A program made the translations under genes and the position numbers. From NCBI GenBank assembly GCA_964647295.1, contig CAZYHH010000001.1, forward strand, positions 1 to 44,031: a stretch of 44,031 bases of DNA. Reading direction: 5' to 3'. Shown here in pieces: positions 34,499 through 44,028 of this stretch (position 1 is its first letter; each line of letters begins with the position of its first letter). The DNA comes from an uncultured Pseudomonadales bacterium. GTDB taxonomy: Bacteria > Pseudomonadota > Gammaproteobacteria > Pseudomonadales > Azotimanducaceae. The notes under the pieces were generated by a model that had not been told where the DNA came from, made no database searches, and saw only the letters and a list, made by a program, of their open reading frames with translations.

Positions 34499-35470
34499 AT
34501 GAGTAAAAAAATTCTTATAGTAGGCGGAGCAGGTTACATAGGTGGATACATGACGGACCTACTCCTGAAAAAGGGGCATGATGTTACAGTATTTGATAGC
34601 CTAATGTACGAAGACCGGTTCCTTAAGCCTGTTAATTTTATTAAAGGTTATACTTGGAATAAAGATGAACTTTCAAAAATTTTACCAGAATACGATACAG
34701 TTATCTGGTTAGCTGCTATCGTGGGCGATGGAGCATGCGCTATAGACGCTAAGAAATCCAAAAGAGATAACGAAGACGCCGTCAAATGGTTAGTAGATAA
34801 TTATCAAGGGAAAATAATATTCACTTCGACTTGCTCCGTGTACGGCAAGAACGACAATCTTATCGACGAGGAGGATATCCCTAACCCCTTATCAATTTAC
34901 GCGGAAACCAAGCTCGGCGCAGAAAAATACGTGACCGAAAATGCTAGAGACTATTTGATTTTTAGACTTGGAACATTATATGGGTTGGGCGACGAACACT
35001 CCAGAATAAGGCTAGACTTAGTAGCTAACGTGTTGGCCTACAGAGCCGCAACAGGGCAATCGCTCTCTGTCTTTGGGGGAGATCAGTGGAGGCCCTTGCT
35101 TCACGTGAAAGACGTCGGCGAAGCAGTTGCTTTTTGTCTAGAAAACAATATAACAGGGCTCTACAATCTCTCAGAAAACAATTATAGAATTAGAGAAATC
35201 GCAGAAAAAATTAAAGAATCAATCCCCCGCGCCGAAGTAAGCTACACGGCGATGGAGTTCGAAGATCAAAGAAACTATAAAGTCAAAAACGAAAAAATAT
35301 TATCTACTGGCTGGGCGCCCAAGTACAGCCTCAAGGAAGGCATTGAAGAAATAGCAAAGATATTCCAAGAAGATAGGATATCTGACCCTCAAGACCCAGT
35401 TTATTCTAACGAAGGGTTTCTTAAAGAGGAACAGAGGAGACATTCTGGCGAAAAGTTCGAATTGTGGTAA
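34499..35470 (+). CDS. NAD-dependent sugar epimerase/dehydratase
   Basis: GGAGYIG, AAIVGD, STCSVYG, YAETK, RIRLDL, QWRP. Confidence 0.9.
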   Translation: MSKKILIVGGAGYIGGYMTDLLLKKGHDVTVFDSLMYEDRFLKPVNFIKGYTWNKDELSKILPEYDTVIWLAAIVGDGACAIDAKKSKRDNEDAVKWLVDNYQGKIIFTSTCSVYGKNDNLIDEEDIPNPLSIYAETKLGAEKYVTENARDYLIFRLGTLYGLGDEHSRIRLDLVANVLAYRAATGQSLSVFGGDQWRPLLHVKDVGEAVAFCLENNITGLYNLSENNYRIREIAEKIKESIPRAEVSYTAMEFEDQRNYKVKNEKILSTGWAPKYSLKEGIEEIAKIFQEDRISDPQDPVYSNEGFLKEEQRRHSGEKFELW

Positions 35471-35479
35471 CTTAATATA

Positions 35480-35944
35480 ATGAGCACGAATTTAATATCC
35501 GGTGGCGTTGCGGTAGATGATCGGGGCAGCGTACGTTTCGTAAATGACTTTAACTTTTCCGGGGTTAAAAGGTTTTACCAAGTAGATAACCACCGACAGG
35601 GGTTCATTCGGGCTTGGCACGGGCACAAAAAAGAAGGCAAGTATGTTTACGTGGCGCAAGGCGCTGCCCTTGTAGGCGCGGTCGAAATGGAAGTTAGAGA
35701 ACACATAGAAGGTGTCGCGCATGACGGATTAATTAGCGCGGAGGGCGAGGTATTTAAATGCGTACTTTCCAGCCAAGCCCCTAAGGTGCTATGGATACCG
35801 CCGGGATACGCAAACGGGTTCATGAATTTAGCTGAGGGTACAATTATACAATTTTTCTCCACAAGCACACTAGAAGAAAGCTTGGGTGACGACATAAGAT
35901 TCCCCTATGACAACTGGGATATATGGGATTTGGAATATAGATAA
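35480..35944 (+). CDS. RmlC-like cupin sugar epimerase
   Basis: DDRG, RAWHGH, LWIPPGYANGF. Confidence 0.8.
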   Translation: MSTNLISGGVAVDDRGSVRFVNDFNFSGVKRFYQVDNHRQGFIRAWHGHKKEGKYVYVAQGAALVGAVEMEVREHIEGVAHDGLISAEGEVFKCVLSSQAPKVLWIPPGYANGFMNLAEGTIIQFFSTSTLEESLGDDIRFPYDNWDIWDLEYR

Positions 35945-35947
35945 ATT

Positions 35948-36751
35948 ATGAGAGTATTAATACTAGGATCAACGGGCATGCTTGGCAACGCAGTCGTTAA
36001 AGAGCTTTCTCTTGACAACTCATTTAAAGTGACCAAGACTCGCAGAGCAAACAATCATTCGGAAGATTATTGTTTTGACGTTACGAAGCACGACTTAACC
36101 AAACAGTGTGGCACAGATTACGATTACGTAATTAATTGTATTGGGGTAATCAAACCGTTTATCAACGATAACTCATACCATTCAGCATATATCAATGGAG
36201 CATTCCCTCACAAGCTCGCTTCGTGGGCGCAAGAAAATGACATTAAAATGATCCATATCACCACCGACTGCGTTTTTTCTGGTAAAGACGGGGGCTACAC
36301 GGAAGATAGTGAGCACGACGAGGTTGATTTTTACGGCAGGTCGAAATCCTTAGGGGAACCATCAAATTGTATGGTTCTGAGAACCAGTATAATCGGGGAA
36401 GAAATTCACAAACACGCGAGCTTAATTGCTTGGGTGAAATCCCAGAAAGACAAGACAGTTAACGGCTTCACAAACCACTGGTGGAACGGCGTCACAACAA
36501 ACCAGTATGGTAAAATTTGCATGCAAATCATGAGAGAAGAACTATACGAAGAGGGACTCTTCCATGTATTTTCCCCCACCCCAGTTAATAAATCCGTACT
36601 GGTTGGCTGCATAAATACTAGATTTGAGTTAAATATTAAAATCAATCCGATGGAAGCAGACCCGACAGTAGACAGAACACTATCGACAAACAAAAAGCTT
36701 AATGGTAAACTATACATACCAGAAATAGCAGAACAAATTAAGAGCTTATGA
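35948..36751 (+). CDS. RmlD-like NDP-4-keto-6-deoxyhexose reductase
   Basis: GSTGMLG, HITTDCVFSG, YGRSK, LRTSIIG. Confidence 0.85.
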   Translation: MRVLILGSTGMLGNAVVKELSLDNSFKVTKTRRANNHSEDYCFDVTKHDLTKQCGTDYDYVINCIGVIKPFINDNSYHSAYINGAFPHKLASWAQENDIKMIHITTDCVFSGKDGGYTEDSEHDEVDFYGRSKSLGEPSNCMVLRTSIIGEEIHKHASLIAWVKSQKDKTVNGFTNHWWNGVTTNQYGKICMQIMREELYEEGLFHVFSPTPVNKSVLVGCINTRFELNIKINPMEADPTVDRTLSTNKKLNGKLYIPEIAEQIKSL

Positions 36752-37857
36752 CAAGAAAAGCATTAGTAACAGGATTATTGGGGCAAGATGGCTCGAACAT
36801 GTGCGAGTATCTTCTTGGGCTAGACAACATTAAAGTTTTTGGGATGGCGAGAAGATCGTCTAATCCAAACTTTAGTAATTGCGAATCATTTTTAAATCAT
36901 CCAAACTTTCAATTAGTCTATGGAGACCTTACAGATCAATACAGCATAGATAAACTAGTACAAGAAATACAACCAGATTATTTTATTAATTTTGCTGCCA
37001 ATTCTTTTGTTGGGATCAGTTGGGATATGCCCATGCAGGTCTTCGACACCAATGCTATGGGCGTCCTGAGATGTTTGGAGGCCGTAAAGAGATACCAGCC
37101 TAAATGCAGGTTCTATAGCGCCGGGAGTAGTGAGGAGTTCGGAGACGTAGCGTATTCACCCCAAGACATGAACCACCCACTCAGGCCGCGTAGCCCGTAT
37201 GGCGCATCAAAATGTGCGGCCAGACACCTAGTTAAAGTCTTTAGAGAATCTTACAATCTTTACGCTGTACACGCAACTCTGTTTAACCACGAAGGGCTTA
37301 AGAGAGGCGAAGAGTTTGTTACCCGAAAGATCACGAAGGGGGTGGCGAAGGCTCGCGAAGAATTCTTTAACACGGACAAATGGGTTGAGGGTCATCCACC
37401 CAAGGTCACCCCCATAGAGTTAGGAAACCTAGAAGCGAAAAGAGACTGGAGTGATAGTGAAGATTTCGTAGAGGGCGTATGGAAAATGCTACAGATGGAT
37501 CACCCGAGAGATTATCTATTAGCTAGCGGGGAAACTCACTCTATAAAAGAATTCGCGGAAAGAGCGTTTTTCCACGCGGGTATTAAAAACGTATACTGGG
37601 AAGGAGAAGGCGTAGATCAAAAACTTTTCGTAAACCACGAAGGAAAACACCAAGTAATTTTAGTGAAAGTCAACCCTAAATTTTACAGACCAGCAGAAAT
37701 AGAATTACTATGGGGAGATGCATCAGAAACACAAGAGGTTCTCGACTGGAAACCAAGGATTTCATTTGACAATCTTGTAGAAAGGATGGTAATATGTGAT
37801 ATAGAGAATAGAGATAAAGAACAACATGGCAAGAAATACAGACCACAGCAAATGTAA
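36748..37857 (+). CDS. gmd: GDP-mannose 4,6-dehydratase
   Basis: TGLLGQDG, PRSPYGASK, LFNHE, FVTRKIT, LGNLEAKRDW, FYRPAE. Confidence 0.93.
   Translation: MTRKALVTGLLGQDGSNMCEYLLGLDNIKVFGMARRSSNPNFSNCESFLNHPNFQLVYGDLTDQYSIDKLVQEIQPDYFINFAANSFVGISWDMPMQVFDTNAMGVLRCLEAVKRYQPKCRFYSAGSSEEFGDVAYSPQDMNHPLRPRSPYGASKCAARHLVKVFRESYNLYAVHATLFNHEGLKRGEEFVTRKITKGVAKAREEFFNTDKWVEGHPPKVTPIELGNLEAKRDWSDSEDFVEGVWKMLQMDHPRDYLLASGETHSIKEFAERAFFHAGIKNVYWEGEGVDQKLFVNHEGKHQVILVKVNPKFYRPAEIELLWGDASETQEVLDWKPRISFDNLVERMVICDIENRDKEQHGKKYRPQQM
37766..37795 (+). promoter_or_regulatory. sigma70-type promoter inside the gmd 3' end
   Basis: TTGACA-N18-TAATAT with TGn, 30 nt before ATG 37826. Confidence 0.5.
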
Positions 37858-38182
37858 GTATATTGTAAGCAAATTCTGCTTAGAACCCCAGTTTATTAGC
37901 TGGGGAAAAGAAATCAACATAGCCAAAAAGCTCCTCAAGGCTTATCCAGACATGGACTTTTGGGAAAAGATGCCTCCCAGAGATTACGGAAACACCCTTT
38001 CCTTTTTTCTTACGAGCGAAGGCAAAGCTTTCTTAGCTGCTCAGAGAAGATTGTTACAATTAAACCTCGAACAGCCAGAACAGTATGAGCTTTCAGATAA
38101 AAAACTTTTAAAAAATAACAAGACTAAAAACAAAAAACCCAAAACATTAATGGAATTTTTAAGAGATGGCAAAGAGAACTAA
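37826..38182 (+). CDS. hypothetical protein
   Basis: 118-aa ORF overlapping the recA-like gene, ending KPKTLMEFL. Confidence 0.7.
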   Translation: MARNTDHSKCKYIVSKFCLEPQFISWGKEINIAKKLLKAYPDMDFWEKMPPRDYGNTLSFFLTSEGKAFLAAQRRLLQLNLEQPEQYELSDKKLLKNNKTKNKKPKTLMEFLRDGKEN

Positions 38183-39260
38183 AGCAGAAAGCGGGGTAAC
38201 CCCACAACAACAAATTCAGGCATACCTCGAACAAAACAAGGGGGATCACTACAACTTTGAAGAGGAAAGGGTTTATACGGTATCCAGCGGCAGCTTGCTA
38301 ATGGACATAGAGATGGGAGGGGGCATAAAACCGGGGGTTATTCGAGCCTCTGGCGTCACGGAGGGGGGCAAGACTTCCTGCGGCCTAGCTTTCGCTAAGA
38401 ATTTCCAAAAAATGGATAACTCTTTAGTTATCTACATTAAAGCAGAGGGTCGTTTATCCACCGACATGGTAGAGAGGATGGGCATAGATACAAGCGAGGA
38501 GAAGTGGTTTGTATTTAAATGTAATGTTTATGAAACTGTCATTAATTTCATGCGGCAAATGGTTAAAGATAATCCATCAAATACGAGGTATATGTTTATC
38601 ATTGATTCCATGGACGCTCTCGTACCGAAAGGGGATTTAGAGAAAGGCGCAGAGGAAGCACTCAAGGTGGGCGGGGGCGCGTTATTAAGTTCCGACTTCC
38701 TGCGCAGGATGGCTCTCGGACTAGCAACAAGAGGCCATATTTGCTATATGATCTCTCAAGTCCGGAGCACCATTAAGATCAACCCTTATGAAAAAACTGC
38801 GCCTCAAGTAACCAACGCGTCCGGTGGTAACGCTGCGTTACATTATAGCGACTGGATTCTAGAATTTCAGCCAAGATATGTCAAAGACTTAATAACCACT
38901 CAACCCCAAGGAAAGGGGGATCAATTAGGGCACTGGTGCAAGGTGGTATTTAGAAAAACGCCAAACGAAAAAACAGGGATAGCCGTGAGATACCCCATCA
39001 GATACGGTAGAAAAAACGGCAAGAGTATATGGGTGGAGAAAGAAGTCGTAGACATGATGCTCGCTTGGGAAATGGCCACAGCGAAAGGCGCTTGGGTGAC
39101 AATCTCTGACGAGATAATCGAAGAAGTTAAAACCGAAACGGGGTTAGAGCTTAAAAAGCAGCACCAAGGGGTAGATAATCTTAGTAAATATTTTGAAGAA
39201 GAAAAAGAAATCGGTAAATATTTGTTTACCAAATTCAGAGAGGTATTAAAAAAATCATGA
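38166..39260 (+). CDS. RecA/UvsX-like recombinase
   Basis: SGSLLMD..GGG, Walker A GVTEGGKTS, YIKAE, IIDSMDAL, ISQVR, SGGNAALHYS. Confidence 0.85.
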   Translation: MAKRTKAESGVTPQQQIQAYLEQNKGDHYNFEEERVYTVSSGSLLMDIEMGGGIKPGVIRASGVTEGGKTSCGLAFAKNFQKMDNSLVIYIKAEGRLSTDMVERMGIDTSEEKWFVFKCNVYETVINFMRQMVKDNPSNTRYMFIIDSMDALVPKGDLEKGAEEALKVGGGALLSSDFLRRMALGLATRGHICYMISQVRSTIKINPYEKTAPQVTNASGGNAALHYSDWILEFQPRYVKDLITTQPQGKGDQLGHWCKVVFRKTPNEKTGIAVRYPIRYGRKNGKSIWVEKEVVDMMLAWEMATAKGAWVTISDEIIEEVKTETGLELKKQHQGVDNLSKYFEEEKEIGKYLFTKFREVLKKS

Positions 39261-40171
39261 CGGTACTTGTTACAGGCGGCGGGGGTTTTATAGGCAGTAA
39301 TCTGGTAGACGCCTTAGTTAAAGCCGGACACAGAGTTATTAGCGTTGATAATAAAAGCGCGAATGCTTCTGGATACTATAAAAATACGAATTCTATTATA
39401 TATAATTCAGATATAAATTGTGACGCTTTTCTATCTGAGCTCTTTGGGTCGCATGAAATAGACACGGTCTTTCATTTAGCTGCGGACGCAAGAATCCAGT
39501 ACGCAATAAAATATCCAATGAAAGTTTTTGATAATAATTTCACAGGGACAGTAAGGCTGTTATCTTTTTGTAAGGAGTACGGGGTTAAGAGGTTCATATT
39601 TTCATCGACGTCTTCCATTTATGGGCTGAAAAATAATCCGCCACTAACAGAAGACATGCCGGCCGATTGCCTAACCGCTTACGCCATCAGTAAACACGCC
39701 GCAGAGGAGGCTTGCACAATGTACTACAAACTGTACGGCCTAGAAACTGTCGTCTTGAGGTATTTCAACGTGTATGGCCCAAGAGAGCCGGATAAAGGGG
39801 AGTACTCTACGCTCATAAAAAGATTCCGAATGCAAAGAGACGCGGGAGAAAACATGACTATCGTCGGTGATGGGGGTCAAACAAGAGACTTTACTCATGT
39901 AGACGATGTTGTTAGAGCCAATATCTTAGCGGCTAAGAGCATACTGCCGGCGGCATCCTATAATGAAGTCTTCGGTGGGGTGTTTAATATTGGTTCGGGC
40001 AATAGCTACAGCGTCCTTGAAATTGCAGAAATGATTGGTGGGCAAACAGAATTTATACCGGCGCGAGATGGGGAGGCCAGAGACACATTGGCTGACGTCA
40101 GTAAAGCGAAGACTCTACTGGATTGGGAACCTACAAAGTGGGTGGAGGATTATATACGTGAGGCTTTATAA
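39257..40171 (+). CDS. NAD-dependent sugar 4-epimerase/dehydratase
   Basis: TGGGGFIGS, HLAA, YAISK, RYFNVYGP, TRDFTHVDD. Confidence 0.9.
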   Translation: MTVLVTGGGGFIGSNLVDALVKAGHRVISVDNKSANASGYYKNTNSIIYNSDINCDAFLSELFGSHEIDTVFHLAADARIQYAIKYPMKVFDNNFTGTVRLLSFCKEYGVKRFIFSSTSSIYGLKNNPPLTEDMPADCLTAYAISKHAAEEACTMYYKLYGLETVVLRYFNVYGPREPDKGEYSTLIKRFRMQRDAGENMTIVGDGGQTRDFTHVDDVVRANILAAKSILPAASYNEVFGGVFNIGSGNSYSVLEIAEMIGGQTEFIPARDGEARDTLADVSKAKTLLDWEPTKWVEDYIREAL

Positions 40172-40577
40172 CATTCACGGCAAGCTGCAAAGCAAAAGGG
40201 TAACGAAATATCTGATATCTTGGGGCAAAAAGTCTCGCTCTAAATTACAATTTTCAGTCAAGCAATTTTTTAAACCGTACTGGGAAAACCATATAGTCTA
40301 TGAAGAGTTTCCCGTATTCGGAAGCAGAATGAAGGTGGACTTCTTAAACGCAACAAAGAAGATCGCCGTAGAAGTTAATGGCCCACAACACGGCAGCTTT
40401 AATAAATTTTTTCACAAGAATTCTAGATTAAATTACCTAGAATCAATAAAGAGGGACTGCCAAAAGAGGGAGTGGTTAGAAAAAAATAATTTTCAAGTTC
40501 TCGAAATAGAAGAAAGTGACATTGAAAAACTTTCTCCGAAATTCATTGAACAAACTTTCGGCTGTGTTATTATATAG
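40158..40577 (+). CDS. DUF559/Vsr-like endonuclease
   Basis: VDF..AVEVNGPQH..RDCQKREWL; GTG start at 40158 preferred. Confidence 0.7.
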   Translation: MRLYNIHGKLQSKRVTKYLISWGKKSRSKLQFSVKQFFKPYWENHIVYEEFPVFGSRMKVDFLNATKKIAVEVNGPQHGSFNKFFHKNSRLNYLESIKRDCQKREWLEKNNFQVLEIEESDIEKLSPKFIEQTFGCVII

Positions 40578-40641
40578 CCATCTAGGTCATGGATTTCCCT
40601 TGACCTAATCGTAAAAAACAACAATAATAAGGAAAACAATA

Positions 40642-42129
40642 ATGAGTAAGATATATTCAGAGAGAGTAGAAAGACACGTTCTAGGAGGACTAATCAAACA
40701 CCCAAAAGTATTCGCAGAGGTAGATGGATTTATTAATGAAAGAGATTTTTTTCACAATGTTCACTATACTATTTTCTGTGTCCTGCGAGACAGTGTTTAC
40801 AAGAATGAAAAGATAGATGAGGTACTCCTTGCAACAAAAATCCAGAACTTGGGGGTAGCATTTAAGGATGATATTAATATTCATCAATATATTTCGAGCA
40901 TCACATTCACGCAGATAACTCAGGGGGCAACCGTAGAAGCCTGTAAAGAGTTAGTTAAGCTGAGGGTGAGAAGGGAGATAGACGAAACCGCAGAAAAGAT
41001 AGCAGATGAAGTGCGTAATGCTGGGGAGAAAAACGTAGATGAAATAGTAGCTTTATGTGATTCAATTTATAACGATAAAATCTCTAGCTACCAGTTTGAC
41101 GAAGAGCCGGTAGAAATTATGGACGGCTTAGAGGATTTACTCCAAGAGCGCGCGGAAGCACCAGAAGAAGATACGGGCATAGCAACCCCATACGAAGAGT
41201 TCAATAGAATGTATGGAGGATTTAAGGCTGGGCATGTTTACTCTATTGCCTCTAGACCGGGGGAAGGTAAAACCACTTGGCTCGTAGACTGTGGGTTTAA
41301 GGCTGGCGAAATCAATGATGTTAAAGTTCTCTACCTAGACACTGAAATGATGACTGAGGAAATCAAATTTAGATTAGCTTCCTCGTTCACAGATATACCT
41401 ACATGGTATTTGGAAACAGGTAACTGGGCCAAGAATTCAGACCTTATCAACAAAGTTAATAACTGTGACAAGCTCAAAAAAGGATCTAATTTCTACCATT
41501 TTCACGTAAGTGATAAGCCAATCGAGAGGGTGTGCTCAATAATTAAAAGATGGTACTACTCAGTGGTTGGTAGGGGTAATAAATGCATGATTATATACGA
41601 TTACGTAAAGCTCACTGGGGAAACGCTTGGCAAAAATTACATGGAGTATCAAATTATTGGAGATAAAATCAACCAACTAAAGAGGGTCGCTGAAGAAGTG
41701 AACGCCCCAGTGCTAACAGCCATACAGCTTAACCGGACAGGGGAATCTAGAAACCGGAGAGCGGCAGATATAGTTGATGATAGCTCCGCGTTTGCCCTGT
41801 CAGACAGGCTCCAGTGGATCGCTGCCTTCACTGCGATTTTTAGACGGAAAACCCTTGAGGAGGTCGCCATTGACGGAGAAGAGTTCGGAACGCACAAATT
41901 GGTTCCAACTAAAACCCGCTTCCAAGGTAAGGACGCGGCGGGTCATAGAGACTTTTTAAGAAGGACCGAGGAAAGCGGCTCGAGCAGGTTCGTACCCAAC
42001 TTCATAAACTTTAATGTAGGCAACTTCGCCGTTGACGAAAGGGGCTCATTGAGGCATATTATTGAAAGGGAGAACGAAACCTACGAGGTTCAAGATTCTA
42101 ACGAAAATGACAGTCAAGACGTACTGTAA
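40642..42129 (+). CDS. dnaB: replicative DNA helicase
   Basis: ERHVLG N-terminus, SRPGEGKT Walker A, DTEM, IYDY, QLNR. Confidence 0.9.
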   Translation: MSKIYSERVERHVLGGLIKHPKVFAEVDGFINERDFFHNVHYTIFCVLRDSVYKNEKIDEVLLATKIQNLGVAFKDDINIHQYISSITFTQITQGATVEACKELVKLRVRREIDETAEKIADEVRNAGEKNVDEIVALCDSIYNDKISSYQFDEEPVEIMDGLEDLLQERAEAPEEDTGIATPYEEFNRMYGGFKAGHVYSIASRPGEGKTTWLVDCGFKAGEINDVKVLYLDTEMMTEEIKFRLASSFTDIPTWYLETGNWAKNSDLINKVNNCDKLKKGSNFYHFHVSDKPIERVCSIIKRWYYSVVGRGNKCMIIYDYVKLTGETLGKNYMEYQIIGDKINQLKRVAEEVNAPVLTAIQLNRTGESRNRRAADIVDDSSAFALSDRLQWIAAFTAIFRRKTLEEVAIDGEEFGTHKLVPTKTRFQGKDAAGHRDFLRRTEESGSSRFVPNFINFNVGNFAVDERGSLRHIIERENETYEVQDSNENDSQDVL

Positions 42130-43049
42130 TGCGAGACTCAGAAAATCTGAAAGAAATCCTATTGGATTTAGGTTATCAGAACATAACCGATATGGGCAAA
42201 GAGCTAAGAGCCAAGCCCATTTATCGGGATTCTGATAGCAGCACAGTATTACGAATCAGGAAAGATACAGGTCATTGGGTTGATTTTAGCAAAAACATCA
42301 GCGGCACGTTCGAGGAGTTGGTTCGGCTCTCCCTAGGTGTAGACGACATAACCCAAGCCAAAGAATATATTGCGAGTAAGTGGGGCGCGCCCCGAAAAAC
42401 GAGGGTCACCCCGAAACCGGAAATAAGAATGCCAAAAGTTTTTCCAAAAGAATCGTTATCCAAACTAGTACCCGAACACGACTACTGGGTAGACAGAAAC
42501 GTGGCTTTGGATACCCTGCGGATGTTTAAGGGCGGCATAATTAAGGAGGGCAGGATGAAAGACAGGTATGTATTCCCTATATTCAATCACAAAGAAGAAC
42601 TTATCGGAGCCTCTGGTAGGGATTTAATTAACGACCCGAACAATAAGAAGAGGCCTAAATGGAAACACGTAGGGAACAAAAGTGAGTGGAAGTATCCATT
42701 ATTTTTTAACTATAAAATTATAAAAGAAAAAAATGAAGCAATTCTTATAGAGAGCATAGGCGATATGCTTGCTCTTTGGGACGCTGGAGTAAAAAATACC
42801 ATAGTGACATTTGGCTTAGACACGAGCGTAGCAATAATTAATTTCCTATTAAGATATGATATAGAAAAAATACGCATCTCACTCAACAACGATGCAGACA
42901 ACAACTTCGCAGGGAATGAAGCTGCGGAGAAATTGCAAAGAAAACTAAGAAAGTATTTTGACGAACATCAGGTAAGCATTAAGCTGCCCACTCAAAACGA
43001 CTTTGGAGAAATGACAAAGCAAGAAATCAACCACTGGTACCATGCCTAA
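42129..43049 (+). CDS. DNA primase (Toprim)
   Basis: RYVFPI..GASGR..PKWK, LIESIGDMLAL, NND..AGNEAA; follows dnaB. Confidence 0.8.
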   Translation: MRDSENLKEILLDLGYQNITDMGKELRAKPIYRDSDSSTVLRIRKDTGHWVDFSKNISGTFEELVRLSLGVDDITQAKEYIASKWGAPRKTRVTPKPEIRMPKVFPKESLSKLVPEHDYWVDRNVALDTLRMFKGGIIKEGRMKDRYVFPIFNHKEELIGASGRDLINDPNNKKRPKWKHVGNKSEWKYPLFFNYKIIKEKNEAILIESIGDMLALWDAGVKNTIVTFGLDTSVAIINFLLRYDIEKIRISLNNDADNNFAGNEAAEKLQRKLRKYFDEHQVSIKLPTQNDFGEMTKQEINHWYHA

Positions 43050-44028
43050 GAAGAAAACAGTATACTTATCTGCCTCGCGGATCAAAACCTTAGAGAGTTG
43101 TAGCTGGCTTTACTGGGGAAAATATCACCTTCACCTTCCCGACACGGGAAATGACGGGGCTGCTCGCGGCACAGTGTGCCATAGAATATTTGAGCTATTA
43201 TTGTCCGAAAAGAACTTTAAATATTTCGAATTGATTATGTCAGAGAAATCTACCGCAGCCTGCAAGGCTGTTTGTAGATTAGTCAGGATACTCCTCAAGA
43301 AAGAGGGTTTCTACAACGAAGAAAACTACGACCTGTGCTTGGATATGATCCTCACCGGTCTAAAGTGTGACTTCTTTGGCTCCGAAGACCTAATATACGG
43401 AGAGCCGTACATAGAACGCCCAGAGGAGGCGTTCAAAATTGAAAATAAAAAACCTGTCTGGAATGCTAGGGGCTTCATAGACAAACCCATACAGTACAAA
43501 GACACGAGAACCCTCAAGATTGTAGATTATAAGAGTAGTAAGATGAAATTTAGAGGGGAAGAGCTTACGGGTAACGTACAAGCCATGATGTACACATTAG
43601 CCGCGCACAAAATATGGCCAGACAAGTTCGACAAAGTGATTGTTCAATTCCTGTTCATCAAATTCCCCAGATCACCCATTCAAGAGCTAGAGTTTTCCAA
43701 AGAGGAACTCAAAGGCTTCGAGCTTTACTTAGAGTATGTAAATAAAATAGTCTCTAAGTTCGATGAGAGAAGCGCACAGACCAACTTCGCGATAGATGGT
43801 GGTTGGAAAACTAAATGGATGTGCGGCCCTACCAAAAGTGGCTGGGAATGCCCCATTAAAAAGCCTTTTGATTATTATAATCTTGTAGACGAAAAAGGCA
43901 ATTTCATAAAGAGCTCCTTCGAAGACGACTTAGTGCCAGAAAAAGGGCAGAAAGTGGAGAAAAAGTCTTACGAAGGTTGTCCAAAATTTCAAAATATTTC
44001 AGAGGAAGAAGACCCATTTAATCTTTGA
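43042..44028 (+). CDS. PD-(D/E)XK exonuclease (RecB/Cas4-like)
   Basis: LSASRI..C, RGTVCH, GFID, IVDYKS, QAMMY, three C-terminal Cys. Confidence 0.82.
   Translation: MPKKKTVYLSASRIKTLESCSWLYWGKYHLHLPDTGNDGAARGTVCHRIFELLLSEKNFKYFELIMSEKSTAACKAVCRLVRILLKKEGFYNEENYDLCLDMILTGLKCDFFGSEDLIYGEPYIERPEEAFKIENKKPVWNARGFIDKPIQYKDTRTLKIVDYKSSKMKFRGEELTGNVQAMMYTLAAHKIWPDKFDKVIVQFLFIKFPRSPIQELEFSKEELKGFELYLEYVNKIVSKFDERSAQTNFAIDGGWKTKWMCGPTKSGWECPIKKPFDYYNLVDEKGNFIKSSFEDDLVPEKGQKVEKKSYEGCPKFQNISEEEDPFNL

Noticed and set aside
40583-40607. TAGGTCA/TGACCTA inverted repeat and TTGACC upstream of dnaB
   Set aside because: No T-tract and no convincing -10 at proper spacing; it occurs only once.
16028-43581. 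Many short antisense or alternate-frame ORFs in the track (e.g. 16028..16354, 18529..18768, 25796..26143, 38921..39232)
   Set aside because: They are nested in well-supported genes and have no motifs; treated as shadow ORFs.
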